Shown here piece after piece: positions 1-9,878 of a stretch of DNA of 64,000 nucleotides (position 1 is the stretch's first letter; each line of letters starts with the position of its first letter). The DNA is from Proteiniphilum sp. UBA1403 (GTDB lineage Bacteria > Bacteroidota > Bacteroidia > Bacteroidales > Dysgonomonadaceae), in NCBI GenBank assembly GCA_002305715.1, contig DBQD01000042.1, forward strand, positions 12,436 through 76,435. Reading direction: 5' to 3'. Below the pieces are notes generated by a model, which saw only the letters and a list, made by a program, of their open reading frames with translations, was not told where the DNA came from and did no database searches. Made by a program: the position numbers and the translations under genes.

Positions 1-35
1 TTTGAACGGTACATGGAAAAAAAGATCGATAACCA

Positions 36-3000
36 ATGAAAAAATACGTAATTATCGCTTACTTGCTAGCGTTTGCTTCCGTTTCATCTGCACAGAATCA
101 TCATCCGGATTCTTTGAAAGCCTATATCGGTAGGTCACTCTCAAACATTTACCTAGAGACATTGTCACGTCCAACCAGGGTGGCAATAGAGAAGATTTTA
201 ATAAACGATCGACAAAAGTTCATTGAATTACAAACAAACCTTGCACTCTCCTATCTCCCCATGCGAGAACAGACTGTGCAATTGATATACGATAGTGTAC
301 GGTATCATCTTTCGGCGAAACAAAAAAAATACCAAATAGCAGTCATTACCGACGGGATGGAGATCAGCCTGCTGGTGCCAAACTTCTTCCGAAACAGTCA
401 ACTCGATAAAGATAGAATGATTGCGCACAACGTTTCGACACCACTGGTGAAGAATGTCTCCTCTCCGACTGGTTCTTTTAGCAAGGGATTGCAAAATAAC
501 CACATTGCACTCTGGCAGAGCCACGGTTGGCACTACGATCAAAAACTGGGAAGATGGGAATGGCAACGGGCACGCATTTTCCAAACGGTAGAGGACCTAT
601 ACACACAGAGTTATGTGCTTCCCTTCCTTGTTCCTATGTTGGAAAATGCGGGAGCCAATGTGCTGCTCCCTCGAGAAAGGGATTACAACAAAATTGAAAT
701 TATTGTTGATAATGATGAGAGCATTGGTGGTAAATCGACTTACAAGGAAACAAACGGAAAGGAGAAGTGGGGGAACACCGGAATAGCCGGTTTTGCCAAT
801 CTCCGAAAAATGTACATGGATTATGAAAATCCATTTCGAATGGGTACGGCAAGAGCAGTTCGTACAATTAGCCAAGGGAAAGAGAGTCTTGCAACATGGA
901 ACTTCGACATTCCAGAAAAGGGTAAATATGGGGTCTATGTTTCTTACCAGACACTAAAAAATAGCAGCAGCGATGCACTATATAGTGTATTCCATGCGGG
1001 AGGGAAGACCGATTTCAGGGTGAACCAACAGATGGGGGGAGGAACATGGATCTTTCTGGGATACTTCGACTTTGAAAAGGGTTCAACACAGAAAATTACG
1101 CTGTCTAACAAAAGTAGCCAGGATGGAAAAGTTGTGTCCGCAGATGCAGTGAAGATAGGTGGAGGAATGGGTAACATTGCTCGAATACCTCATCCAGAGT
1201 ACTTAGCTGTGGAAAGCACCAGTAAGACAGATACATCGAAAGAGAAAAAGAGTCTGGCTTCACAAATTAATTACACTCCACAAGTCAGCGGATACCCACG
1301 TTATGCAGAAGGCGCACGCTACTGGATGCAGTGGGCCGGGGTACCTGATACAATTTACAACCGAACAGAAGGGATGAACGACTACACAGACGACTATGTA
1401 TCACGGGGTGTATGGGTGAATTGGTTAGCTGGAGGTTCTTCGGTGCTACCCAAAAAGGAGGGTTTACAAATTCCGGTGGACTTGGCATTTGCCTTCCACT
1501 CAGATGCCGGCACCTTTTGGGGAGATACAATTGTGGGAACACTCGGCATTTATATGACACACTATAACAATGAAAAGTTCGAAAACGGTCGTTCTAGGTG
1601 GGCATCACGTGATCTGACTGAACTTGTTATGGAAGAGATTGTGACAGATATTCGTCGTGAATTTGAACCGGAATGGAATCGTCGTCAGCTTTGGAACCGC
1701 TCTTATGCAGAAGCTCGTATACCCAATGTGCCGACCATGTTATTGGAATTATTGTCACATCAGAACTTTGCAGACATGCGTTACGGACTAGATCCGACCT
1801 TCCGCTTTACAGTCAGCCGCTCTATTTACAAGGGGATGTTGAAATTTCTTGCAACCCAGTATAACAGACCGTATGTGGTTCAACCTCTTCCCGTAAAGGC
1901 TTTCTCTGCCCATTTCATCGGGGAGACACAAGTGAAGCTTTCTTGGCAACCGACAACCGATCCGGCAGAGTTGAGCGCTAAGCCTGACAGGTATGTGATA
2001 TATACTCGTATGAACGGAAAAGGGTTCGACAACGGATTCGTGGTACATGACAACAATGTTGTACTCTCTATTCAAAAAGACAGCATATATAGTTTTCAGG
2101 TGGTTGCAGTCAATGAGGGTGGACGAAGTTTCCCTTCAGAAACGCTTTCTATATGCCGCAGATCAAACCAAAAGGGAGAAGTTCTGATAGTGAACGGATT
2201 CACCAGAGTATCTGCACCTTTTAGTTTCACAACTTCACAAGATAGTATTGCCGGCTTTTTAGGAAGTGTGGACAATGGTGTACCTTATCTGGTAGATCAT
2301 CATTTCACTGGGCAAATGCATGAATTTAGACGTGTTATCCCCTGGATGGACGACGATGCGGCTGGCTTTGGAGAGAGTAATGCAAATTATGAAACTACAC
2401 CCATAGCAGGTAACACATTCGATTATCCCTATACTCATGGTGAGGCTTTTGCAACGGCAGGATACTCTTTTGTCTCCACTTCAGCCGAAGCAGTGGAAAA
2501 TGGGAGTATGAACTTGAAAGATTATAGAATTGTGGACTGGATTCTGGGCAAACAACGTGAGTGGAGTGTGGCTCGTGGTGCTAAACCACCGAAATACAAA
2601 ACATTTTCGCAATCGCAGCAACTGGCAATTACCGAATTTTGTAAAGGAGGGGGAAAGATCATCATCAGCGGAGCTTTCGTCGGCACCGACCTGTGGCAGA
2701 ACCCACATGCTACGTTAGCAGATCGAGATTGGGCATTGCAGACATTGAAATTTAAATGGAGAAACAACAACGCAGCGGTGACTGGACAAATAAAAGCGGT
2801 ACCTTCACCATTCTCGGCAATTCAAGGCAACTACAACTACTATAACGAACTGAACAGCGAATGCTATGTAGTGGAGAATCCAGATGCACTGGAACCGGTT
2901 GATGTAAATGCATTTACCATCTTTCGGTATACAGAGAACAATCTGAGTGCAGGGGTACTCTACAAAGGAGCTGTATATGACACCTGTATTCTTGGTTTTC

Positions 3001-3071
3001 CAATTGAAGCGGTGAAGACACAAGAGAAAAGAAATGAACTGATCCAACGCATCATGAACGTATTTGATTAA
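36..3071 (+). CDS. Exported multidomain protein of the family usually annotated 'xanthan lyase'; Amidase_3-like zinc amidase with inserted beta-sandwich (golvesin-C-like) domain and fibronectin type III domain
   Basis: Signal peptide (MKKYVIIAYLLAFASVSSAQ); amidase-like motifs HIALWQSHG, EDLYT, AFAFHSDA, PTMLLELLSH; FnIII-like segment (VKLSWQP...YSFQVVAVNEGGRSFPSE). Confidence 0.7.
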   Translation: MKKYVIIAYLLAFASVSSAQNHHPDSLKAYIGRSLSNIYLETLSRPTRVAIEKILINDRQKFIELQTNLALSYLPMREQTVQLIYDSVRYHLSAKQKKYQIAVITDGMEISLLVPNFFRNSQLDKDRMIAHNVSTPLVKNVSSPTGSFSKGLQNNHIALWQSHGWHYDQKLGRWEWQRARIFQTVEDLYTQSYVLPFLVPMLENAGANVLLPRERDYNKIEIIVDNDESIGGKSTYKETNGKEKWGNTGIAGFANLRKMYMDYENPFRMGTARAVRTISQGKESLATWNFDIPEKGKYGVYVSYQTLKNSSSDALYSVFHAGGKTDFRVNQQMGGGTWIFLGYFDFEKGSTQKITLSNKSSQDGKVVSADAVKIGGGMGNIARIPHPEYLAVESTSKTDTSKEKKSLASQINYTPQVSGYPRYAEGARYWMQWAGVPDTIYNRTEGMNDYTDDYVSRGVWVNWLAGGSSVLPKKEGLQIPVDLAFAFHSDAGTFWGDTIVGTLGIYMTHYNNEKFENGRSRWASRDLTELVMEEIVTDIRREFEPEWNRRQLWNRSYAEARIPNVPTMLLELLSHQNFADMRYGLDPTFRFTVSRSIYKGMLKFLATQYNRPYVVQPLPVKAFSAHFIGETQVKLSWQPTTDPAELSAKPDRYVIYTRMNGKGFDNGFVVHDNNVVLSIQKDSIYSFQVVAVNEGGRSFPSETLSICRRSNQKGEVLIVNGFTRVSAPFSFTTSQDSIAGFLGSVDNGVPYLVDHHFTGQMHEFRRVIPWMDDDAAGFGESNANYETTPIAGNTFDYPYTHGEAFATAGYSFVSTSAEAVENGSMNLKDYRIVDWILGKQREWSVARGAKPPKYKTFSQSQQLAITEFCKGGGKIIISGAFVGTDLWQNPHATLADRDWALQTLKFKWRNNNAAVTGQIKAVPSPFSAIQGNYNYYNELNSECYVVENPDALEPVDVNAFTIFRYTENNLSAGVLYKGAVYDTCILGFPIEAVKTQEKRNELIQRIMNVFD

Positions 3072-3079
3072 AATTTCGT

Positions 3080-4534
3080 ATGAACAAATTAGATGCTTTT
3101 ATCCTTTTCACAGAGCCAGAACAGGCAAGAATAACCATAAATGAATTGCGCCAGTCGGAGTCGGTCGGCACAATCTGGCTCCTTACTCCAGAAGGAAGTA
3201 AAGAGAAAATAAAAGGATGTAAATATATCCACATTGACAGCCTGTATAGTAGTGAGACAATCCGTGCAATTGCAAAGAATACAAAAAACAATTATACGCT
3301 CATTTACTTGAAACCTTACGCACTTAAACTGGGTTACTTTGCACTGGAACGAATGATTCGCATTGCGAAAGACTCAGCTGCAGGCATGGTATATGCCGAC
3401 TATTATGCAGTACTGGGAGGTGAAAAGAAAAATAGACCTGTTATCGACTATCAGGAGGGAAGCTTGCGCGACGACTTTAACTTTGGCTCGGTACTTTGTT
3501 ACAACACACTTGCCTTGAAAAAGGCGGTCAAACGAATGAAAAAAGAGACGTACCAGTTTGCGGGATTGTATGATTTGCGTCTTAAAGTATCTCAAAAGTA
3601 TCCGCTTGTTCACATCAATGAGTATCTCTACACAGAGATAGAAAATGATACCCGGGTAACTGGTCAGAAGATATTCGACTATGTGGATCCAAAAAACAGG
3701 CAGCTTCAACTAGAAATGGAGCAAGTATGCACACAACACTTGAAGGATGTGGGCGCTTGGTTGGAACCGACATTCAAACAAATTGAATTTGATAAGGAAA
3801 TATTTGAAGTAGAAGCTTCGGTCATCATTCCAGTCCGCAACCGCATACGAACAATACGTGATGCCATTGAATCGGTTCTCAGACAGAAAACAACATTTCC
3901 TTTCAACCTGATCGTCATTGACAATCACTCAACCGACGGCACGACAGAAGCTATCGATGCATTCAAAAGTGACAGTCGATTGATTCACCTTATTCCGGAA
4001 AGGGACGACTTGGGTATTGGAGGATGCTGGAACATGGGTGTACACCACAACCAGTGCGGGAAGTTTGCTGTACAACTCGATAGTGACGATGTATACAGCG
4101 ATGTAGACACACTGCAGAAGATTGTGAATGCATTCTACGAACAACAGTGCGCCATGGTGGTGGGAACCTATCAGATGACCAACTTCGAAATGCAAATGAT
4201 TCCTCCCGGTATTATTGATCACAGGGAGTGGACAACCGAGAATGGTAGAAACAATGCTCTTCGCATAAACGGTCTGGGGGCACCTCGTGCGTTTTATACT
4301 CCCGTGCTGAGGGAGATTAAGGTTCCAAACACCAGCTATGGGGAAGATTATGCATTGGGTTTAAACATTTCTCGACACTACCAAATTGGTCGAATCTACG
4401 ATGTTCTCTATCTCTGCCGCCGTTGGTATGACAACACCGATGCCTCTCTCGATATTGAAAAGATGAACGAACACAACCTCTATAAAGACAGGATCAGGAC
4501 ATGGGAACTTCAGGCGAGAAAGAAAATGAGATAA
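3080..4534 (+). CDS. Glycosyltransferase family 2 protein with tandem GT-A domains
   Basis: C-terminal GT2 motifs SVIIPVRNR, VIDNHSTDGT, QLDSDD, GEDY; N-terminal degenerate GT-A-like half. Confidence 0.85.
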   Translation: MNKLDAFILFTEPEQARITINELRQSESVGTIWLLTPEGSKEKIKGCKYIHIDSLYSSETIRAIAKNTKNNYTLIYLKPYALKLGYFALERMIRIAKDSAAGMVYADYYAVLGGEKKNRPVIDYQEGSLRDDFNFGSVLCYNTLALKKAVKRMKKETYQFAGLYDLRLKVSQKYPLVHINEYLYTEIENDTRVTGQKIFDYVDPKNRQLQLEMEQVCTQHLKDVGAWLEPTFKQIEFDKEIFEVEASVIIPVRNRIRTIRDAIESVLRQKTTFPFNLIVIDNHSTDGTTEAIDAFKSDSRLIHLIPERDDLGIGGCWNMGVHHNQCGKFAVQLDSDDVYSDVDTLQKIVNAFYEQQCAMVVGTYQMTNFEMQMIPPGIIDHREWTTENGRNNALRINGLGAPRAFYTPVLREIKVPNTSYGEDYALGLNISRHYQIGRIYDVLYLCRRWYDNTDASLDIEKMNEHNLYKDRIRTWELQARKKMR

Positions 4535-5919
4535 GTGAAACTCTTAAAAATGTAGGTGATCCACTTAGAGGAATAAAAGAACCACTTATAAAAGAACCAC
4601 TTATAAATGTAGGGATCATTCAAGAGCAACCCGAAATAGACTTCATATTGCTATCCGATTACAAGCTGAAGGGTAAACCTATCTGCAAAGGTAAGTATAG
4701 AGTTTGTTTTTCTGATGGAATGATTCTATTTAATGGAGAAACCTATACGGAAATATCCTTTGATACGGATGATATGCACAATGATACATTTGAGCTTAAG
4801 AATGTGATGATTGGTGTTAACTTTCACTGGCAGCGTAAAGAAGATCAACGTTTCCAAGGTGGCTTGAAGTTGGTATGTGGAGAGGAAGGTATCACGGCCA
4901 TTAATGTTGTCACACTTGAGGATTACCTTAAAAGTGTAATCTCTTCCGAGATGAGTGCCACCAGTTCAGATGAATTTCTGAAGGCACATGCTGTGATCTC
5001 CAGAAGTTGGCTGCTGGCACAGTTACAGAAAAGCAGAGAGATTCAAGAAAACAAGAAGATCGAGGACAACTTTAAATCGTCATTTGAAACGACATGTGAA
5101 ATAATCCGTTGGTATGATCGGGAAGACCATGCACTATTCGATGTATGCGCTGATGATCATTGTCAGCGTTATCAAGGAATTACGCGACAAACGACCGAAC
5201 GGGTGAACCTAGCGATCGATGCAACCAAGGGGCAGGTGATTACTTTCAATGGTATTATTTGTGACGCTCGCTTCTCGAAATGCTGTGGTGGTGTGACTGA
5301 GGCTTTTGAAAACGTTTGGGAACCTATTCTGCACCCATACCTTATAGGAAAAAAAGATTCCACTGAGGACACTCCATTACCCAACCTTAGGGATGAGGAA
5401 AATGCCAGGTCTTGGATTCTATCCGCTCCACCTGCATTCTGCCACACCTCTGATGCAGCAGTACTCAAACAGGTGCTGAACGACTATGACAGAGAGACGA
5501 CAGACTTTTATCGTTGGCAAGAGGTATATTCGCAAAAAGAATTAAGTGAACTTATCATGAAGCGTTCTGGTATAGATTTCGGAGAAATAGTAGCATTGGA
5601 ATCACTAGAACGGGGAAATTCAGGGCGTATCATCCGATTGAAGATCATGGGCACCAAACGGGTGATGACAATTGGAAAAGAGTTGGAAATACGACGTACG
5701 CTCTCGCCCTCACACCTTTACAGTGCTGCATTCGTAATAGATGCAGAGAATGAGAACGAGGAGGGAATTCCACAACAGTTCACACTTAAGGGTGCAGGAT
5801 GGGGACATGGTGTTGGCCTTTGCCAGATTGGAGCAGCCATGATGGCAGATAAGGGATATAAATTTGATGAGATTTTACAGCATTATTTTCCTCTAACAGA
5901 ATTGATTACCTATTATTGA
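4501..5919 (+). CDS. SpoIID/LytB domain protein (putative lytic transglycosylase); true start uncertain
   Basis: LEDYLKSVISSEM, KAHAVISRSW, FDVCADDHCQRYQG, GAGWGHGVGLCQIGA motifs. Confidence 0.9.
   Translation: MGTSGEKENEISETLKNVGDPLRGIKEPLIKEPLINVGIIQEQPEIDFILLSDYKLKGKPICKGKYRVCFSDGMILFNGETYTEISFDTDDMHNDTFELKNVMIGVNFHWQRKEDQRFQGGLKLVCGEEGITAINVVTLEDYLKSVISSEMSATSSDEFLKAHAVISRSWLLAQLQKSREIQENKKIEDNFKSSFETTCEIIRWYDREDHALFDVCADDHCQRYQGITRQTTERVNLAIDATKGQVITFNGIICDARFSKCCGGVTEAFENVWEPILHPYLIGKKDSTEDTPLPNLRDEENARSWILSAPPAFCHTSDAAVLKQVLNDYDRETTDFYRWQEVYSQKELSELIMKRSGIDFGEIVALESLERGNSGRIIRLKIMGTKRVMTIGKELEIRRTLSPSHLYSAAFVIDAENENEEGIPQQFTLKGAGWGHGVGLCQIGAAMMADKGYKFDEILQHYFPLTELITYY
4573..4607 (+). 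repeat. 15-bp tandem duplication ATAAAAGAACCACTT x2 plus ATAAA
   Basis: Read directly; encodes IKEPL-IKEPL-I at the SpoIID N-terminus. Confidence 0.9.
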
Positions 5920-5960
5920 TTACGTAGTAAAACAGGCTCACAAAGCCCTAATAAAATAAT

Positions 5961-7259
5961 ATGAACAAACACAAGAAAGTCGCATCTCGTAATCCTTGGA
6001 CGTGGATACCCACCCTCTATTTTGCGGAAGGATTACCCTATGTAGCGGTGATGACCGTCTCGGTAATCATGTACAAACGTTTTGGCCTTTCCAACACCGA
6101 TATTGCACTCTACACGAGTTGGCTATACCTCCCATGGGTTATAAAACCCTTCTGGAGTCCGTTTGTGGATATTTTGAAAACAAAACGATGGTGGATTGTT
6201 TCAATGCAATTGTTGATTGGAGCTGGCCTGGCGGGGGTAGCATTTACCTTACCAACACCGTTCTACCTTCAAGCATCCCTTGCATTTTTCTGGATGATAG
6301 CATTCAGTTCAGCAACACACGACATTGCCGCAGACGGCTTTTATATGTTGGCTCTCGACGATTCGCAACAGTCCTTTTTCGTGGGTATACGCAGTACCTT
6401 TTATCGGTTAGCTTCTATAACAGGACAAGGATTTTTAATTATTCTAGCAGGATTTTTAGAAAAAACGACCGGTAAGATACCCTTTGCATGGAGCATTACA
6501 TTCTTTATACTTGCTGGACTGTTCCTATTCTTTTTTGTTTACCATCGCTACTCACTTCCCCTCCCCTCCTCTGATACAGCTAAGGCAGCCCATACACCCA
6601 ATGAAGTGATGAAGGAGTTTGTCAACACTTTCAAGTCTTTTTTTACGAAAAAGGGAATCGGTCTGGCATTGGCTTTTATTTTGCTCTACCGGTTTGCTGA
6701 AGCCATGTTAATTAAGTTGGCGTCTCCATTTCTACTCGACAGTCGCGAAGTGGGAGGATTGGGATTGACCACTTCAGAGGTGGGATTCACATACGGTACA
6801 GTAGGAGCGATTTCCCTCACTGTAGGGGGGATAATTGGAGGAATTGCGGTATCGCGAAATGGCCTTAAACGATGGCTCTGGCCAATGGCACTCGCTATTA
6901 CGCTGCCTAATGCTGCTTACCTTCTCTTAGCTATCTATCAGCCAGAGAACTATTTATGGGTGAATATAGCTGTAGCAACAGAACAGTTTGGTTATGGCTT
7001 CGGATTTACGGCATACATGCTCTACATGATTTACTTCTCGCAAGGGGAACACAAAACGGCCCACTATTCAATCTGTACAGGTTTCATGGCTCTTGGTATG
7101 ATGCTCCCGGGCATGGTTGCAGGGTGGATACAGGAAAGACTGGGGTATGAAAATTTCTTTAATTTTATCATGTTGGCCATCATTCCAACACTATTATTGA
7201 TCCACTTCATAAAGGTAGATCAGGACTTTGGCAGATCGAAAAAAAGCGATAGAAGTTAG
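5961..7259 (+). CDS. ampG: AmpG-family muropeptide MFS permease
   Basis: PWTWIPTLYFAEGLPY, KPFWSPFVD, SATHDIAADGFY motifs; about 12 hydrophobic segments; locus context. Confidence 0.85.
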   Translation: MNKHKKVASRNPWTWIPTLYFAEGLPYVAVMTVSVIMYKRFGLSNTDIALYTSWLYLPWVIKPFWSPFVDILKTKRWWIVSMQLLIGAGLAGVAFTLPTPFYLQASLAFFWMIAFSSATHDIAADGFYMLALDDSQQSFFVGIRSTFYRLASITGQGFLIILAGFLEKTTGKIPFAWSITFFILAGLFLFFFVYHRYSLPLPSSDTAKAAHTPNEVMKEFVNTFKSFFTKKGIGLALAFILLYRFAEAMLIKLASPFLLDSREVGGLGLTTSEVGFTYGTVGAISLTVGGIIGGIAVSRNGLKRWLWPMALAITLPNAAYLLLAIYQPENYLWVNIAVATEQFGYGFGFTAYMLYMIYFSQGEHKTAHYSICTGFMALGMMLPGMVAGWIQERLGYENFFNFIMLAIIPTLLLIHFIKVDQDFGRSKKSDRS

Positions 7260-7279
7260 ATGAAAAGGAGTGTGCATGG

Positions 7280-7708
7280 ATGGTATCAAAAGAAATATCT
7301 ATAAAGTCGTTTTTGATTGTTTTACTTTTGCTAACGGGAATAGTTTTCAGCGGGAAATCGAGAGCACAAAACATACGACTGGATAAGCTTGTTTTCGACA
7401 TTCAGGATATTGGTTGTTAATCTTATACCTATATCTCCACGATGTATCTGGCAATGCAAGCTGCAGCAGAAAGTAACATTGTGTTTGAGGTACTAGAGAG
7501 TCCTAACCCATAATGACCCAAAGTGAACAAATGACTCTACAGTCCAGAATACTCACCATGGTGAAAATAAAAAAATGACGACAGAAGATGAGTAAGTGGT
7601 TTCATTCGACTGGCATTCTCCAAGAATCACCAGTTCGACGACATAAAAAACAACTGGACCAAAGATGAAGAAGCGTTCTGTAAATTATTGAAGAAGTATT
7701 ATCTTTAC
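7280..7708 (+). pseudogene. namZ: Collapsed remnant of a DUF1343 exo-beta-N-acetylmuramidase gene (NamZ/YbbC family)
   Basis: Manual translation from ATG 7280, all in one frame: signal peptide MVSKEISIKSFLIVLLLLTGIVFSGKSRAQ, then LVFDIQDIGC*SYTYISTMYLAMQAAAESNIVFEVLESPNP* (stops 7418 and 7511), a stop-rich stretch, then GFIRLAFSKNHQFDDIKNNWTKDEEAFCKLLKKYYLY matching the family C-terminus. Confidence 0.85.
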
Positions 7709-7783
7709 CGTTTAAATAAAAAGGATCAACACAATTATCTGAAATAAAAATAAAAAAATCACCTATTTATTCCAAAAAAGGAT

Positions 7784-8953
7784 ATGAAAAAACTTACTTC
7801 TACCTCACAAAATAATCGACTTTTGTCGCTCGACATTCTTCGCGGTATTACCATTGCCGGTATGATTCTAGTCAATAATTCCGCAGGTGGTTATGCCTAT
7901 ACACCCTTAAAACATGCACATTGGCATGGACTTACACCTACCGACCTAGTCTTCCCCTTCTTCATGTTCATCATGGGAGTCTCCACTTTTATGTCATTGC
8001 GTAAATTCAACTTTGCTCTTTCTGGTGCTGCGGTGTGGAAAGTGGTTCGTCGCACCCTGCTCATTTTCCTTATTGGGATGGCTCTAGGATGGTTTGGTCA
8101 ACTTGTGTATGGACTAGCTTCAGGAGAAACAATAGGTGTAGCTGCAACCCATTTCGACACAATACGTATCTTGGGTGTACTGCAACGACTGGCATTGGCA
8201 TATGGTTTTGCCGCTCTCATTGCGTTGTTGGTAAAAAACAAACAATTACCATGGGTCGCTGCGATAATATTAGCTGGTTATTATCTGATCCTTCGCTTCG
8301 GGAAAGGATTCGAGTTGTCAGAAGAAAGTATTATTGCTCGTATCGACACTGCACTTTTGGGAGCAGCACACATGTATAAAGATACCACACCCGAGGGAGT
8401 ACGGATTGCGTTTGAACCCGAAGGTTTAATTAGCACGCTGCCCTCCATTGCTCATGTACTCATTGGTTTTCTCTTTGGAAAATTAATTGTAGACAACAAA
8501 GACAACAATACAAAGGTGGCAAAACTACTTATATGGGGTACTATTCTTGCATTTTCCGGCTTATTACTCCAATATGGATGTCCCATTAACAAGAAGATCT
8601 GGAGCCCAACCTTTGTTCTTGTAACTACCGGTTTCGCCGCACAGTTGTTGGGGCTTCTGATATGGATCATTGACATCAACAAAAAAGAAAAATGGAGTCG
8701 CTTCTTTCATGCATTTGGGGTTAATCCACTCATTGTATATGTTTTCGCCGGTGTTTTTGCCACCCTGGTTGGTGCCATCCGATTTGCGTGGCAAGGTGAA
8801 ACAATTTCTGTTAAATCATTTACATACAGCGTACTACTTCAACCTTGGGCAGGAAACTACTTCGGATCGCTACTATATGCAGTGCTATTTGTCACAATTT
8901 GCTGGCTTTTTGGCTATATTCTATACAAAAGGAATATTTACATCAAACTTTAA
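7784..8953 (+). CDS. HGSNAT/DUF5009-family membrane protein; MurT-like MurNAc transporter or transmembrane acetyltransferase
   Basis: RLLSLDILRG, LVNN, HAHWHGLTPTDLVFPFFMFIMG, FEPEG, PINKKIWSPTF motifs; directly upstream of kinase and murQ. Confidence 0.8.
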   Translation: MKKLTSTSQNNRLLSLDILRGITIAGMILVNNSAGGYAYTPLKHAHWHGLTPTDLVFPFFMFIMGVSTFMSLRKFNFALSGAAVWKVVRRTLLIFLIGMALGWFGQLVYGLASGETIGVAATHFDTIRILGVLQRLALAYGFAALIALLVKNKQLPWVAAIILAGYYLILRFGKGFELSEESIIARIDTALLGAAHMYKDTTPEGVRIAFEPEGLISTLPSIAHVLIGFLFGKLIVDNKDNNTKVAKLLIWGTILAFSGLLLQYGCPINKKIWSPTFVLVTTGFAAQLLGLLIWIIDINKKEKWSRFFHAFGVNPLIVYVFAGVFATLVGAIRFAWQGETISVKSFTYSVLLQPWAGNYFGSLLYAVLFVTICWLFGYILYKRNIYIKL

Positions 8954-9008
8954 ATAGTAGTACGTTCACTTGTGGAATCTCTTTTCAATTCAATAAAAAC
9001 GTAGAACA

Positions 9009-9839
9009 ATGCTGATTGCCGACAGTGGTGCCACCAAAACAGATTGGTGTTTGGTACGTGGAGATGAAGTCTTGCAACGATTTTCGGGGAAAGGTATTAG
9101 TCCTATTTATCAGAGCGAAGAGGAAATAGCGCAAGAGATACGGGAACATGTTTACCCTTTGCTGACTGACAATGATGTTGGCGCAATTCATTTCTATGGC
9201 TCAGGATGCATTCCCGAGAAGATTCCCTTAGTGAAACAAGCCATTCAACAATCATTCTCAATTGATGCAATCCATGTATACAGCGACCTTATGGCTGCTG
9301 CACATAGCTTATGTGGTCATGAGGCTGGTATAGCCTGCATACTTGGTACGGGAAGTAACTCCTGTGAATGGGATGGTGAAACGATTCGGAAACAAATATC
9401 CCCGCTAGGCTTTATACTGGGAGACGAAGGAAGTGGTGCTGCGCTGGGAAAACAACTGGTGGCAGATGCACTTAAGAATCAGCTTACCCCGGGACTTAAA
9501 GAAGAGCTAATGGATGAATACCATCTAACGAGTGCACTGATAATTGATAAAGTTTATCGGCAGCCCTTCCCTAGTCGTTTCCTTGCTAGTCTTTCTCCTT
9601 TTCTGCATCAACACATTGAGGATGTATCAATTCGACGAATTGTCACTCAATCATTCCGAGTCTTCTTCGAAAGAAACGTCATGCAATACGATTATCACAA
9701 CATGGAAGTACATTTTGTGGGCTCTATCGCATGGTATTATGCAAACCTGCTTCGGGAGGTAGCTGTAGAAAAGGGTATCAACATCGGTAAAATTGCACAA
9801 TCTCCAATGGAGGGATTGGTCCGCTATCAGCTCACATAA
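9009..9839 (+). CDS. BadF/BadG-type sugar kinase, MurK-like MurNAc/GlcNAc kinase
   Basis: IADSGATKTDW, ILGTGSNSC, LGFILGDEGSGA motifs; between murT-like gene and murQ. Confidence 0.8.
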   Translation: MLIADSGATKTDWCLVRGDEVLQRFSGKGISPIYQSEEEIAQEIREHVYPLLTDNDVGAIHFYGSGCIPEKIPLVKQAIQQSFSIDAIHVYSDLMAAAHSLCGHEAGIACILGTGSNSCEWDGETIRKQISPLGFILGDEGSGAALGKQLVADALKNQLTPGLKEELMDEYHLTSALIIDKVYRQPFPSRFLASLSPFLHQHIEDVSIRRIVTQSFRVFFERNVMQYDYHNMEVHFVGSIAWYYANLLREVAVEKGINIGKIAQSPMEGLVRYQLT

Positions 9840-9878
9840 GCTAAAACCTTCATCTATTAATTATTTGAATTCCGACTT

